Origin: Batkoa obscura
Lineage: Eukaryota
Reading direction: 5' to 3'
Length of the DNA stretch: 64,000 nt
Assembly (NCBI GenBank): GCA_030770535.1
Contig: JASVEC010000028.1
Location: 310,001-374,000, forward strand
Position numbers and translations under genes: made by a program. Positions within the stretch are counted from its first letter, which is position 1, and each line of letters begins with the position of its first letter. Under the pieces are notes generated by a model. The model searched no databases, was not told where the DNA came from, and worked only from the letters and a program-made list of their open reading frames with translations. Shown here in pieces: positions 41,074-50,674 of this stretch.

Positions 41074-41148
41074 GATTTCTAATAATATATTAAAACTTAG
41101 GTAATAATACATTTGTTAAAGCTATTTCACTTTTATTTGAAAGCAAAC

Positions 41149-41249
41149 GGGGATGTGTTTTTTTGGTTAATAATTTTACTGGATAGCCTTTCCACTCAAA
41201 TAGCGCTTAAAAAATGGAAAAAGTGATGAAGCCAAAAAAAAACATCACC
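41149..41249 (+). mobile_element. ~100-bp MITE
   Basis: GGGGATGTG...CTCAAATAGCGCTTAAAAAATGGAAAAAGTGATGAAGCC...CATCACC|ATAT. Confidence 0.88.
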
Positions 41250-41428
41250 ATATGGTAGTTTAATATAAGGGTTATTATATTATTAAATTCAGAAAGTTTT
41301 ATTAAGTAGTTAAAAAGTTATTAAAATGCTTTTTAAATAATGTTATTTTATTATGCTAGCTTTTTTTTTAAAATTATAATAAACAAAGTTTAATCAAAAT
41401 CAATAAAAATATAAATAATTAATTATAT

Positions 41429-41522
41429 GGGGATGTATTTTTATGTTTAAGAATTTTACTAACAATTTTTCCAAATAGCGCTTAAAAGATAGAAAAAATA
41501 ATGAAACCAAAAAAACATCCTC
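41429..41522 (+). mobile_element. ~100-bp MITE with ATAT TSD
   Basis: ATAT|GGGGATGT...ACATCCTC|ATAT. Confidence 0.9.
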
Positions 41523-42976
41523 ATATCTATCCTATAAAAGTTCGATTCAGCTACATTTTTAATTAAGTTAACTGTTTTTTTAATTAAGATTTATTTTGAC
41601 CAAAAGCTAAGAACCTTTTTAGTAAAATTTGCTGTAAAAGATTTTACCCATGTAACGATTACTCTACAATTAAATTTGTAATTTTAATAACATTAATTTG
41701 ACCATTTTTTAAAATTTATTGATAAGATTTAATGTAATAAACATCTAATATATATTTAAAAATTCTAATGTCATAGCTTTTTAACATTGTTTTTTACCTA
41801 ATAAGGCTTTTTATTAACGGACTGGCTTATATAAAAACTTTAGATTATATAAATTAAAGATTTAAGTCATTATATTTTAATATTTTGTATTGTATATTAA
41901 AAGTATGTTAAGCCGTAATAGACTTAGCACTCATTTTATAATTCAATAGCTATCGAATTTCTATTAAAGAACTTATAAATTTTCAATACCACCCCATCAA
42001 CTTAGACATATTGAATAAAATATAGAAACTTTTATACTGAATTTAACGCAGTCAATATCAACTTTTGAAAAAGTAAAAATTTTATTACTTATTCTTCAGC
42101 ATCAACCCTTACCAATTCTGATTTTTATATTCGTTTTTAGTCCTTTTTTAACTCCATAAAATAAAACACTGACATTGTTTTACTTTAAGGTCTAAAAAGG
42201 CCAAGAATTTATAAATAAACCTGTCATTAATTATAATGTCCGTATAAACATAATATAAATGATATTATTATTGGAATACTATTATAATTCTGAATAAGAA
42301 TGAATTTAAAAATAAAAAGTAATTTTATAGTTACTTTATTTTAATTTCTTAATACATTTCATCCGATTCAAAAATCTAAATATTATCCGATTCAAGATCA
42401 ACTCAATTCAAAAGGCTCGGCTTACGGGTCAATTGGGTTTATAGGCTAAACATTAGCAATCTTTTTGCTTCAACAATCAGTCTTCATTTTTAGGGTAATC
42501 AAAAGCAGTGAAAAAGTAGACCCTTGACACTTATTCCTAAAAGAAAATAACGAATAATTAGTGGCTAATTTTACTCCCCTAAAGAAAATAATTTAAAAGA
42601 AGCATATGATTTACCTTTTATGTTCATTTTATAACTTTGCTTACAAATCATCGCAAATACCCCTTGAGCTCTTTTGTAACTTTTTAGTGATAATTTTTAT
42701 AAGTAAATTATTAATAGTTTGTTTTTTTCATGCTTAATTGTTATACTATATCAGTTTTGACTTAAAATTTATTTTTAAATATGGAATTAAAAATTTTGTA
42801 AAAAGCTACAACAGCTATAAAGAATTTTTTGTTAATTATGACAAGTAGAATTCAAATTCAACTGCGATCACCAATAGAATTGTGTCATTTAAAACATTAA
42901 AAATTACCAACGTTTAAGAAAGAGTATAAAACAATAAAATGATTTAAAATCAATTTATTTATTTTAAGTTTTAATC

Positions 42977-44455
42977 ATGAATTTTAAAGAAGCTTTATTT
43001 TATTTGTTTATAACAATTAGTGTAGGCGCATGGATGATACTAATGGCAATCAATATAATAAGTTTAATTTTATGTAAATATCAATATAAAACATATCAAG
43101 AAATTAAAGATGAGCCTATAACGAACTCAAAAGATGCCCCATTTGTTAGTGTATTACGACCATTATGTGGCTTAGAATATAAATTAAAACAAAATTTAGA
43201 GTCCTCATTCTTACAAGATTATCCCAATTTTGAATTAATATTTAATGTAAAGAGTAGCGAAGATTCATGTATACCATTAGTATTAGAATTAATCCAAAAA
43301 TACCCCAATATAGACGCTAAATTAATCATTGATGAAGATCAAAAAGGGGTCAATCCAAAAGTTAGTAATTTATTAAAAGGATATGAGCAGAGTCAATATG
43401 ATCTAATATGGGTTTGTGATTCTAATATCTTTTTAAATAAAGGGTGTTTATCTCGTTCAGCTAAATTAATGATGGAAGAAAATGTAGGTTTAGTACATCA
43501 TTTACCTGTGGGTATAGATGGTACTACTTTTGGTTCTCAATTAGAAAGTATGTTTTTAAACACAGCTCATGCTAAGATGTATACATTATTAAACTATTTT
43601 ATATTTGAACCTTGTGTGGTTGGCAAATCTTGTTTATATAGAAAGAGTGATTTAGCTTGCGTTGGCAGTATGAAAGCATTTGAAAATCAATTGGCAGAGG
43701 ATTTTTTTATTGCTAAAGCTATTTGGGATCAAGGATTAAAAATTAAAATGCCTTACGATTTAGCTTATAATCGATTAGGATCTATTTCTACTTCAGCTTA
43801 TTTTAATAGAAGATCAAGATGGTGTAGATTAAGGAAATATATTGTACCACAAGCTACTATTATTGAACCGTTTACTGAATCCATTTTAAATGGAATATTA
43901 GCTTCTTATGGTTTTAGTTATCTGTTAAATATTTCCATTTTTAACTTTTTTGCTTATCATTTAGTAGTATGGTTTTTATTAGATTTTCAACTAAATCAAC
44001 AACTTATTGGAAATAAGTTAAATTTAAAAGAATTACAACGTTTTATGGCTATTTGGGCATTTAGAGAATTAACTGCATTACCATTATATCTTTATTCAGT
44101 TTTAGGTTCTACGTTTACATGGCGTGGTCAAACTTATCGTATTACTTCTGGTTCTTATGCTGTACCTGAAGATAATGTATCACTTTTTCATCCTGTTTTT
44201 CATCATCCTATTTTCTTGAAATTCACTGATTACTTATTTTATAGTATTGATTTTATAGCAGATATTTTAATGAAATCTCAAAGGAATGGCAATCCAGAGA
44301 TGGAGTTTACACCAAAATCATCACCACAGTCCATTTCAAAACCCTTGTTAGAAACCGATACTACTAGTTATTCTTCTTGTTCTCATAGTTCTTATCAAAT
44401 GGATTTGGATTCTGAAGAAGAACTTCGAGATATTGATTTTCCTAATTCAAAATAA
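42977..44455 (+). CDS. Ceramide glucosyltransferase (GT21), 492 aa, intronless
   Basis: N-terminal TM, VSVLRPLCG, QDYPNFEL, GVNPKVSNL, VCDSN, CVVGKS, LAED, RRSRWCRLRK, EPFTES, WRGQTY. Confidence 0.93.
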   Translation: MNFKEALFYLFITISVGAWMILMAINIISLILCKYQYKTYQEIKDEPITNSKDAPFVSVLRPLCGLEYKLKQNLESSFLQDYPNFELIFNVKSSEDSCIPLVLELIQKYPNIDAKLIIDEDQKGVNPKVSNLLKGYEQSQYDLIWVCDSNIFLNKGCLSRSAKLMMEENVGLVHHLPVGIDGTTFGSQLESMFLNTAHAKMYTLLNYFIFEPCVVGKSCLYRKSDLACVGSMKAFENQLAEDFFIAKAIWDQGLKIKMPYDLAYNRLGSISTSAYFNRRSRWCRLRKYIVPQATIIEPFTESILNGILASYGFSYLLNISIFNFFAYHLVVWFLLDFQLNQQLIGNKLNLKELQRFMAIWAFRELTALPLYLYSVLGSTFTWRGQTYRITSGSYAVPEDNVSLFHPVFHHPIFLKFTDYLFYSIDFIADILMKSQRNGNPEMEFTPKSSPQSISKPLLETDTTSYSSCSHSSYQMDLDSEEELRDIDFPNSK

Positions 44456-44808
44456 GCTTGATTATTTATTAAAATTTACAGTGTAAATTAAAATCAAATC
44501 TATTATTATAAAATCATTTTTTTAGTTATTATTATTATTATTATTATAAAAATAACTTTTATTATATACAAAGATAATGTAAATATAGCATTTACTATTG
44601 TATTAATCCAACAATTTAATCATAATTACCCCAAAGAAAATTTATGAGATCTTTCTAATTAGATTTATTTGTATTGCTATCTAAATACTTTGAATTACAT
44701 TATAAAAAATACTCGGTTTATTTCACATTAACTGTCTTATTTTTCTATCATTTTGGCTAATAAATTTGATGATTAATATGAGACAGACCAAGTATCTAAC
44801 CTTTATAT

Positions 44809-45386
44809 GGGGATGTCCGAATTGGTTTCATTTTTTTCAATTTTTCAATTTTTCAATTTTAAAACTGCTTAAAATTTTATAAAAATAAACTTTTTATTAA
44901 AAAGCAAGTATTTGACGGTTTTAAATTATTTTATTATGATTTATATCAAATTTAATAAAAATTCCCAGATTAGCAAGGCTTTTACTAATATAACCTATAT
45001 GGGGTGTTTTTTTGGCTTCATTACTTTTTCCATTTTTAAGCGCTATTTGAGTGGAAAATTTGTTAGTAAAATTCTTAAACACAAAAATACATCCCCATAT
45101 ATTGATATTAATCAAAGCTGTAATATATAAATAAATACATATTTTTATAAAAATTTATTAATAAATACTTATTATTGACTCTTTTATAACCAACACTGCA
45201 GATTTACTATTAAATAAATAAATAATTTTAATGTTATAATTATATTATTAGTATATTACTAAGTTAACAAATAATTACATAGGGGAGAGTAATTAGCTTT
45301 AAAACTATAATTATTTTTATATAACAAAAGCAATATAATAATAGTTTTTACTTATTATTATGATTACTTGCTTTTTGATTAATTAT
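44809..45386 (+). repeat. Left TIR (contains a MITE; truncated at the LTR junction)
   Basis: Collinear with the reverse complement of the right TIR, e.g. 59/70 identities for 45164-45233 versus 49081-49150. Confidence 0.85.
45001..45096 (-). mobile_element. ~100-bp MITE inserted in the left TIR
   Basis: ATAT|GGGGTGTT...ACATCCCC|ATAT; absent at the homologous site of the right TIR (49201-49230). Confidence 0.93.
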
Positions 45387-45585
45387 TGTGAAATATCGGT
45401 TCATTAGCTCTAGGATTGATTATAATATGATAATCAATTCAGAGTTCCTTATATAGATTTGCTGTGAGAATTGCTACCACCTGATCATGAAGAACTTATT
45501 GTCCACGTTTTAATGTCCATACTTGGTAACTACAATAAGGGATAACTGTTATAATGTTCCTTATATATGGCCAGCCAGTTGGAAC

Positions 45586-45638
45586 ATAAAAGAGATTCTT
45601 CAACATACTAACTCGAGGCTTTTTAATTGGATTACTCT
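45586..45638 (+). repeat. 53-bp perfect direct repeat, copy 1
   Basis: ATAAAAGAGATTCTTCAACATACTAACTCGAGGCTTTTTAATTGGATTACTCT, identical to 47346-47398. Confidence 0.97.
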
Positions 45639-45646
45639 TACTTATA

Positions 45647-46948
45647 ATGGTATATATAAAAAAACAGCAAACTCTTTCTCAATTCAATTGCTTGGATTAT
45701 GTTTTGAGCTTCTTAAAAGATAACGACTTGTCAATAATGATAGATCATCCTTATCAGTTTGATTTCCCAGACAACTCAGTGGCTATTAATATAAATAGAA
45801 ACCACATATCTATTGGAGGCTACTGGCAAACAGAAGAGTCTTACTTGATAATGAAAAGATCAAGACCTGTCTGGAATGAGTCTGGAACAATATTTGATTT
45901 CTTGGCGGATCCATGTGATAGATTTGAGAGAGAAGACGTTCTTGTTTGGGATGAAGTATTAATTGAGAAGAAAGAGAAATCTTTTGACATAATGGAACTA
46001 GACAAGAAGATCGGATGGGATACTTTCTGTCACTTGGCTAAAATCCCCCTATTCAAAAGCAATTTAAGGAGAATGAACGATCTGGAGTTAGGAATGATTG
46101 GTAAGGAATCCGGTGTTGTTAAATTCGTTTCAGATGATGGCTTTCAAGATGGCTTTGTGACCAAGGATGTCTTCAGTAGCTTGTGCTTCAGATATGGTTC
46201 ATTGTACCCCGGTGATAGTGATGGTCATTACACTCCAGAGGTTATTAATTTGAATGGATCTCAAATCCCAGTTTATAGATATGATGAGTGGTTGTATTTA
46301 AGAGAGAGTCCTGGTAGAGTAAAATTATTTTTATTTTTAAACTCAGGACTCTCCAATCTCTTAGGCTGCAAATGTTGTTATGACGATTCTTACAAAAAGA
46401 AAGTTAAGTTTAGAATTGAAGATAAATTTCAAGACCAAGGTTATGTAGATGACTTGGATACATTTTGTGGGATAGCTTCAATGCTGTATACAGGACAATA
46501 CTGCAACAAACTCAGAAGAAAATATAAGATAGCAAAAAAGAAGTGTCTAAGACTGCTCAAATATCTAAGTGTTAATTTGAATATGGATAACAAGTTTGCA
46601 AAAGATATAGCGAATGTTAAAATAGATGAAAATTACGAATTGACCAAAAAACTACTGAATTTTGATAAAATAGTAAAAAACTTCGTAAAAACAGTTTCTA
46701 AATTCAAGGACGTGGAAAGAGAAACAAAAGATTCTAAAAATCTTTCATATGTTGAAGCTTTTATCCGCACAATAATGGAAGATATACTTAATGAGTCTAG
46801 AGATATTGATATCGAAACTGTAGCTTACCGGGTTAAAACTCTCTGTTACAAAAACAAAAAAAATGAGTCTTCAATCAAGACAATAATCAACGGGTTAACC
46901 GACCACGAAAGATACTTGCTATATAATTATAATAGGAAAAAGAGATGA
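45647..46948 (+). CDS. Cargo ORF1: 433-aa orphan protein, possibly of viral or prokaryotic origin
   Basis: Intact intronless ORF, richer in GC than its flanks (24/60 at 46081-46140), AGA-dominated Arg usage; no motif recognised with confidence. Confidence 0.7.
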   Translation: MVYIKKQQTLSQFNCLDYVLSFLKDNDLSIMIDHPYQFDFPDNSVAININRNHISIGGYWQTEESYLIMKRSRPVWNESGTIFDFLADPCDRFEREDVLVWDEVLIEKKEKSFDIMELDKKIGWDTFCHLAKIPLFKSNLRRMNDLELGMIGKESGVVKFVSDDGFQDGFVTKDVFSSLCFRYGSLYPGDSDGHYTPEVINLNGSQIPVYRYDEWLYLRESPGRVKLFLFLNSGLSNLLGCKCCYDDSYKKKVKFRIEDKFQDQGYVDDLDTFCGIASMLYTGQYCNKLRRKYKIAKKKCLRLLKYLSVNLNMDNKFAKDIANVKIDENYELTKKLLNFDKIVKNFVKTVSKFKDVERETKDSKNLSYVEAFIRTIMEDILNESRDIDIETVAYRVKTLCYKNKKNESSIKTIINGLTDHERYLLYNYNRKKR

Positions 46949-47271
46949 TGACTAAAACAGGCGCTGATAGAGAAAAACTCCTTTTAACTCCACCCTATTA
47001 TGCTGTTGTATTTTCGTCAAAGCGTACCGAGGGTGATAACGGTTATGATGCTATGAGTGCAAAGATGGATGAGCTGGCAGAAAAACAAAATGATTATTTG
47101 GGTACCGAAAGTGCAAGGGATAAATCTGGTTTTGGCATTACAATATCCTACTGGGAGAACCTTGATTGTATAAAGAAATGGAAAGAAAATGCGGCTCATC
47201 CAGTGGCACAAAAATTGGGTAAAAAACAATGGTATACTTCTTATAAAGTACGTATTACAAAAGTAGAGTAA
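46945..47271 (+). CDS. Cargo ORF2: ABM (antibiotic biosynthesis monooxygenase) family protein, YqjZ-like
   Basis: PPYYAVVFSS, GY...M.ELA..Q..YLG.ESAR...GFGITISYW, W.....H..AQ..G...WY.SY.VR..KVE follow the bacterial YqjZ-type ABM pattern; TAA at 47269 may be premature (frame continues YYEMND* to 47292). Confidence 0.88.
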   Translation: MMTKTGADREKLLLTPPYYAVVFSSKRTEGDNGYDAMSAKMDELAEKQNDYLGTESARDKSGFGITISYWENLDCIKKWKENAAHPVAQKLGKKQWYTSYKVRITKVE

Positions 47272-47345
47272 TATTATGAGATGAATGATTGAAATGGTAC
47301 TCTTATCTTGGTTTAATATGTCTTGCTATGCGTACTAAATTGAGT

Positions 47346-47398
47346 ATAAAAGAGATTCTTCAACATACTAACTCGAGGCTTTTTAATTGGATTACTCT
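47346..47398 (+). repeat. 53-bp perfect direct repeat, copy 2
   Basis: Identical to 45586-45638. Confidence 0.97.
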
Positions 47399-47590
47399 CT
47401 GATAACGTATCATTAATAAAGTCACTAAGTCTTTCTGACAACATCTTATATAGATTTTACGCTTATTGCATACTATTCTTATTAAGTTAAGTCTATCTTA
47501 GTTACATAAACTAAGACCGTTCAACTCAAGGCAAGTTAATTAAGCAAGAGTAGCTTTTAACTCCGACCACTGAGTATCAACTTTCACACT

Positions 47591-48873
47591 ACTATTAAAA
47601 ATACAAAAAAAATTAAAGATGAGCAAATCGAGATTATTGTACAATATTTACTTGATAATTCAACTATTTCATCAAGATTTAGTAAAAAAAATAATGATAA
47701 ATATTCGTCAGAGAATATATATATATTTAATAAAAGTAGAAGAATGATATATAGTAAATATTTTAATGATTTAAAAGATAAAGCAATAGCTAGGTCAACA
47801 TTTTTTAAATATATACCAGATAATTTTAAAAACCCAGCAAGAAAAACAAATTTATGTAATATATGTACCCAGTATACAGTCAGAAAAAAGTTATTTGAAA
47901 ATAAAATAAATATAGCGACAGAAAATAAAGCAGAGATAGAGGAATCTTTTAATAAAGAAAAAAGGTTATATAAATTACATGAATTTTGTGTTGATACTCA
48001 AAAAAACATAATGAAGCTATTAAAAAATTAAATAATAGAAGTTGTATAATAATTTTAGACTTTAAACAAAATATGGAAACAGGAACAAGACCAGGTCCAA
48101 TAAATTTAGATTATTATAATAAACAAGCTATATCAGTATTAGGGTTTGGCGTTTTATATTTAAAAAATGTTAAAACAATAGGCAAAGTTTATTTTGATTA
48201 TTTATCTGAAATATTAAATCATGATTCAGCATATGCAGGAGATTGTTTAGTTGATTTAATATCTAAAGAGCCTTTATTTAAAAAGTTTACAAAAATTAAT
48301 ATATGAGCAGATACAGGATACCATTTTAAATCTCAAGAGTTTTTACACTATATATTTGAAGAAATTTATAAAATAAATAGTAGTTTAAATATTGATCTTA
48401 ATTTTTTTGCTGAGCATCATGGAAAAAGTATAGTTGACGGACATTTTGGAAATCTTTCACAGTGGAAAAATAATCTTGAAGCATTAGGTAAAATAGAAGA
48501 TATTGATCAATTAATTTCAAAATTTGAGATTTTTGTTTGTGAACATAATGGAGTTAATAACTCAATTGTTAATAATGGAAAACAAATATAACTTTTAAAA
48601 AGTATGAAAGAAACAAAAATATAATAAAAATAATAAAAATAATAAAAATACAAGGTATTAAAAAGTATTTACATTTTATTAAACGTGGTAATAAATTACA
48701 CTGTTATCCAGTATCTGATAAATCAAAAAAAAAGCGATATAATTACAATTAAAGTTATGGAGTCTATAGAGGATAGAAAAATTAAAAGGTCAACCCCAGC
48801 TTATCTTACAAAAATAACTGAAAATTTAAAAGTTTCAATATTTAGTAAGCAAGTAAGTAGCTTATTAGGATAA
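47591..48873 (+). pseudogene. Sola2-like DDD transposase, 5'-truncated, with frameshifts and a stop
   Basis: ARSTFFKYIP, CNIC, ILDFKQN, NHDS, I*ADTGYHFKS (TGA for TGG at 48304), NFFAEHHGKSIVDGHFG; frameshift in the A-run near 48001. Confidence 0.8.
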
Positions 48874-48923
48874 AAATCAATTATTAAATGTTGATATTAC
48901 TTAAATTAATAATAGCTAAGTTA

Positions 48924-49436
48924 ATAAATAGTCAAAGAGCAAGTAGTTGTAATAATAAGTAAAAATTATTATTATACTGCTTGTATTACATAGGGATGGT
49001 TGATTATAGTTTTGGGGCTAAACACTCCCTCCTATTCAGCTATTTATTAACTTAGCGATATATTGATAATGTAATTATAACATTAAAATAATTTGTTCAT
49101 TTGATAGCAAATCTGCAATGTTGGCTGTAAAACAGTTAATAATAAATATTTCTTAATAAAGCTATATAAAAGTATATATTTATTTACATATTACAACTTT
49201 GACTAATATCACTATACAAGCTATATTAGTAAAATCTTTGCTAATCCAGAAATTTATATTAAATTTAATAAAAATTCCGCTAATTGACAATATAAATTAT
49301 AACAAAATAATTTAAAACTGTATCGGGTACTTTTGGCTTTTAATAAAGAATTTATCTTTATAAATTTTAAGCAAAATTTTTAAAATATAAATATTTAAAA
49401 ATTGGATAAAAAAATGAAACCAATTTGGACACCCCC
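48924..49436 (-). repeat. Right TIR
   Basis: Reverse complement of the left TIR. Confidence 0.85.
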
Positions 49437-49747
49437 ATATAGTAAATTTCAATAAAGAAATGATTCAGTAATATGTTTATGAAATTAATTATTTTTAATA
49501 TTGTAATATAATTTATTCTTATATGAAATAAGGAGTATTTATAGTAACCAAGGCAACCTATCAAAATTGATCCTTTGGATAGTGTAAGTCATATTATTAT
49601 TGATGAATTTTTTTATACTAATATTGAAGTTAGTAATAAAATTAGTAAGAATTTGGAATAATTTAGCTTAGTTAAAAAATAATAAGAGATATCTACTTTA
49701 CATTTTTACACTTTTCAAAATGTTTGGCAGGTTAAAATAAAATATAT

Positions 49748-49846
49748 AGTGATGTATTTTTGTGTTTAAGAATTTTACCGACAATTATTCTACTCAAATA
49801 GTGCTTGAAAAATGGAAAAAGCGATGAAATCAAAAAAAACACCCCC
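49748..49846 (+). mobile_element. ~100-bp MITE, first of an inverted pair
   Basis: GATGTATTTTTGTGTTTAAGAATTTTAC...AAACACCCCC|ATAT. Confidence 0.88.
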
Positions 49847-49850
49847 ATAT

Positions 49851-49948
49851 GAGGATGTTTTTTTTGGTTTCATTATTTTTTCCATTTTTTAAGCGCTATT
49901 TAAGTGGAAAAGCTATTAGTAAAATCCTTAAACAAAAAAATACATCCC
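49851..49948 (-). mobile_element. ~100-bp MITE, second of an inverted pair
   Basis: ATAT|GAGGATGTTTTTTTTGGTTTC...ATACATCCC|ATAT. Confidence 0.9.
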
Positions 49949-50020
49949 ATATCATATTTAATTCCGCTTTATTTTAATACAAATAAAACAAAATCAATTG
50001 ATTTCAAATATACAATAAAC

Positions 50021-50674
50021 ATGTTATTAATAATCATAACTTACTTATTGTTATTCAATTCATCAATCAATGGTGATAACGTTCCCTTTAATATAAAAGT
50101 AGGTGGTATGATGTACCCATGTCGAGTAGGTGATCGAGGTCTTTGGCCTGGTTTATGGAGGCCATTAGCCGGTTGTTTGGGTTGTAGAAAAAGTAGTTCA
50201 AGCTGTATTACAGGTTTTAATGGAACTTGGAATGATAGAATCGATTTTAGTGAATCTTGGGGTAGTAGTTTTCAATTATCATTAGTAGAAGAACTTAATA
50301 AAAATATTGGTCAAGAAATGGGGGTTAATTTCTATGGTGAAAAGGTTACACAGATAACAAGTAGTTGTCGTACAGAATCTGGTGGAGATGTTCGAATTTG
50401 GATAAAACAAAAGATGATTTGGTTGGATGTTCAATGTTTTTATTATGTTACTCCATTTCGTTTAAGAAAACTACCCTGGATGAGAATTGATGCTCCAACT
50501 AATGATAATTTAGAAATTGGTTGTGGATTCAATGAAGATAGAGATGGTAAAGATAGTACAAAATGTTGGATAAATAAAGGAATTAGTGGTAGATCAATAG
50601 ATGATCAAAATTCAGATGGTATTATTGTTGAAAAACCATTAACTAGCAGTTATAATGTAATAAGGACTGTATAA
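50021..50674 (+). CDS. Secreted Cys-rich hypothetical protein, 217 aa, intronless
   Basis: Signal peptide MLLIIITYLLLFNSSING; 8 Cys and many Trp; no domain recognised. Confidence 0.7.
   Translation: MLLIIITYLLLFNSSINGDNVPFNIKVGGMMYPCRVGDRGLWPGLWRPLAGCLGCRKSSSSCITGFNGTWNDRIDFSESWGSSFQLSLVEELNKNIGQEMGVNFYGEKVTQITSSCRTESGGDVRIWIKQKMIWLDVQCFYYVTPFRLRKLPWMRIDAPTNDNLEIGCGFNEDRDGKDSTKCWINKGISGRSIDDQNSDGIIVEKPLTSSYNVIRTV

Larger units (their letters stand above)
45387..47588 (+). mobile_element. LTR split by 1.7-kb cargo (5' part 45387-45638, 3' part about 47342-47588)
   Basis: Starts TGTGAAATATCGG and ends ACTTTCACA; both halves align to the solo LTRs. Confidence 0.88.
44809..49436 (+). mobile_element. 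Sola2-like DNA transposon (defective) with ~500-bp TIRs and ATAT TSD
   Basis: ATAT|GGGGATGTCCGAATTGGTTTCATTTTTTTC ... AAAAAAATGAAACCAATTTGGACACCCCC|ATAT; 44809-45386 aligns to the reverse complement of 48924-49436; transposase relic inside. Confidence 0.85.

Noticed and set aside
44912..45723. Short ORFs at 44912, 44921 and 45523
   Set aside because: They read through TIR, MITE and LTR sequence with no protein features
47017..47229. 70-aa antisense ORF in the cargo
   Set aside because: Antisense shadow of the ABM gene
45639..47345. Simple bacterial contamination
   Set aside because: Embedded in host-family LTR halves and host transposon TIRs on both sides; a repeat-mediated misassembly still needs read-level exclusion
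45586..47398. 53-bp direct repeats as a CRISPR array or an IS target duplication
   Set aside because: Only two copies 1760 bp apart, both are LTR-internal sequence, there are no cas genes, and the length is too great for a TSD
49904..50020. N-terminal extension of the 256-aa ORF
   Set aside because: Begins at a GTG inside a MITE; the signal peptide starts at ATG 50021
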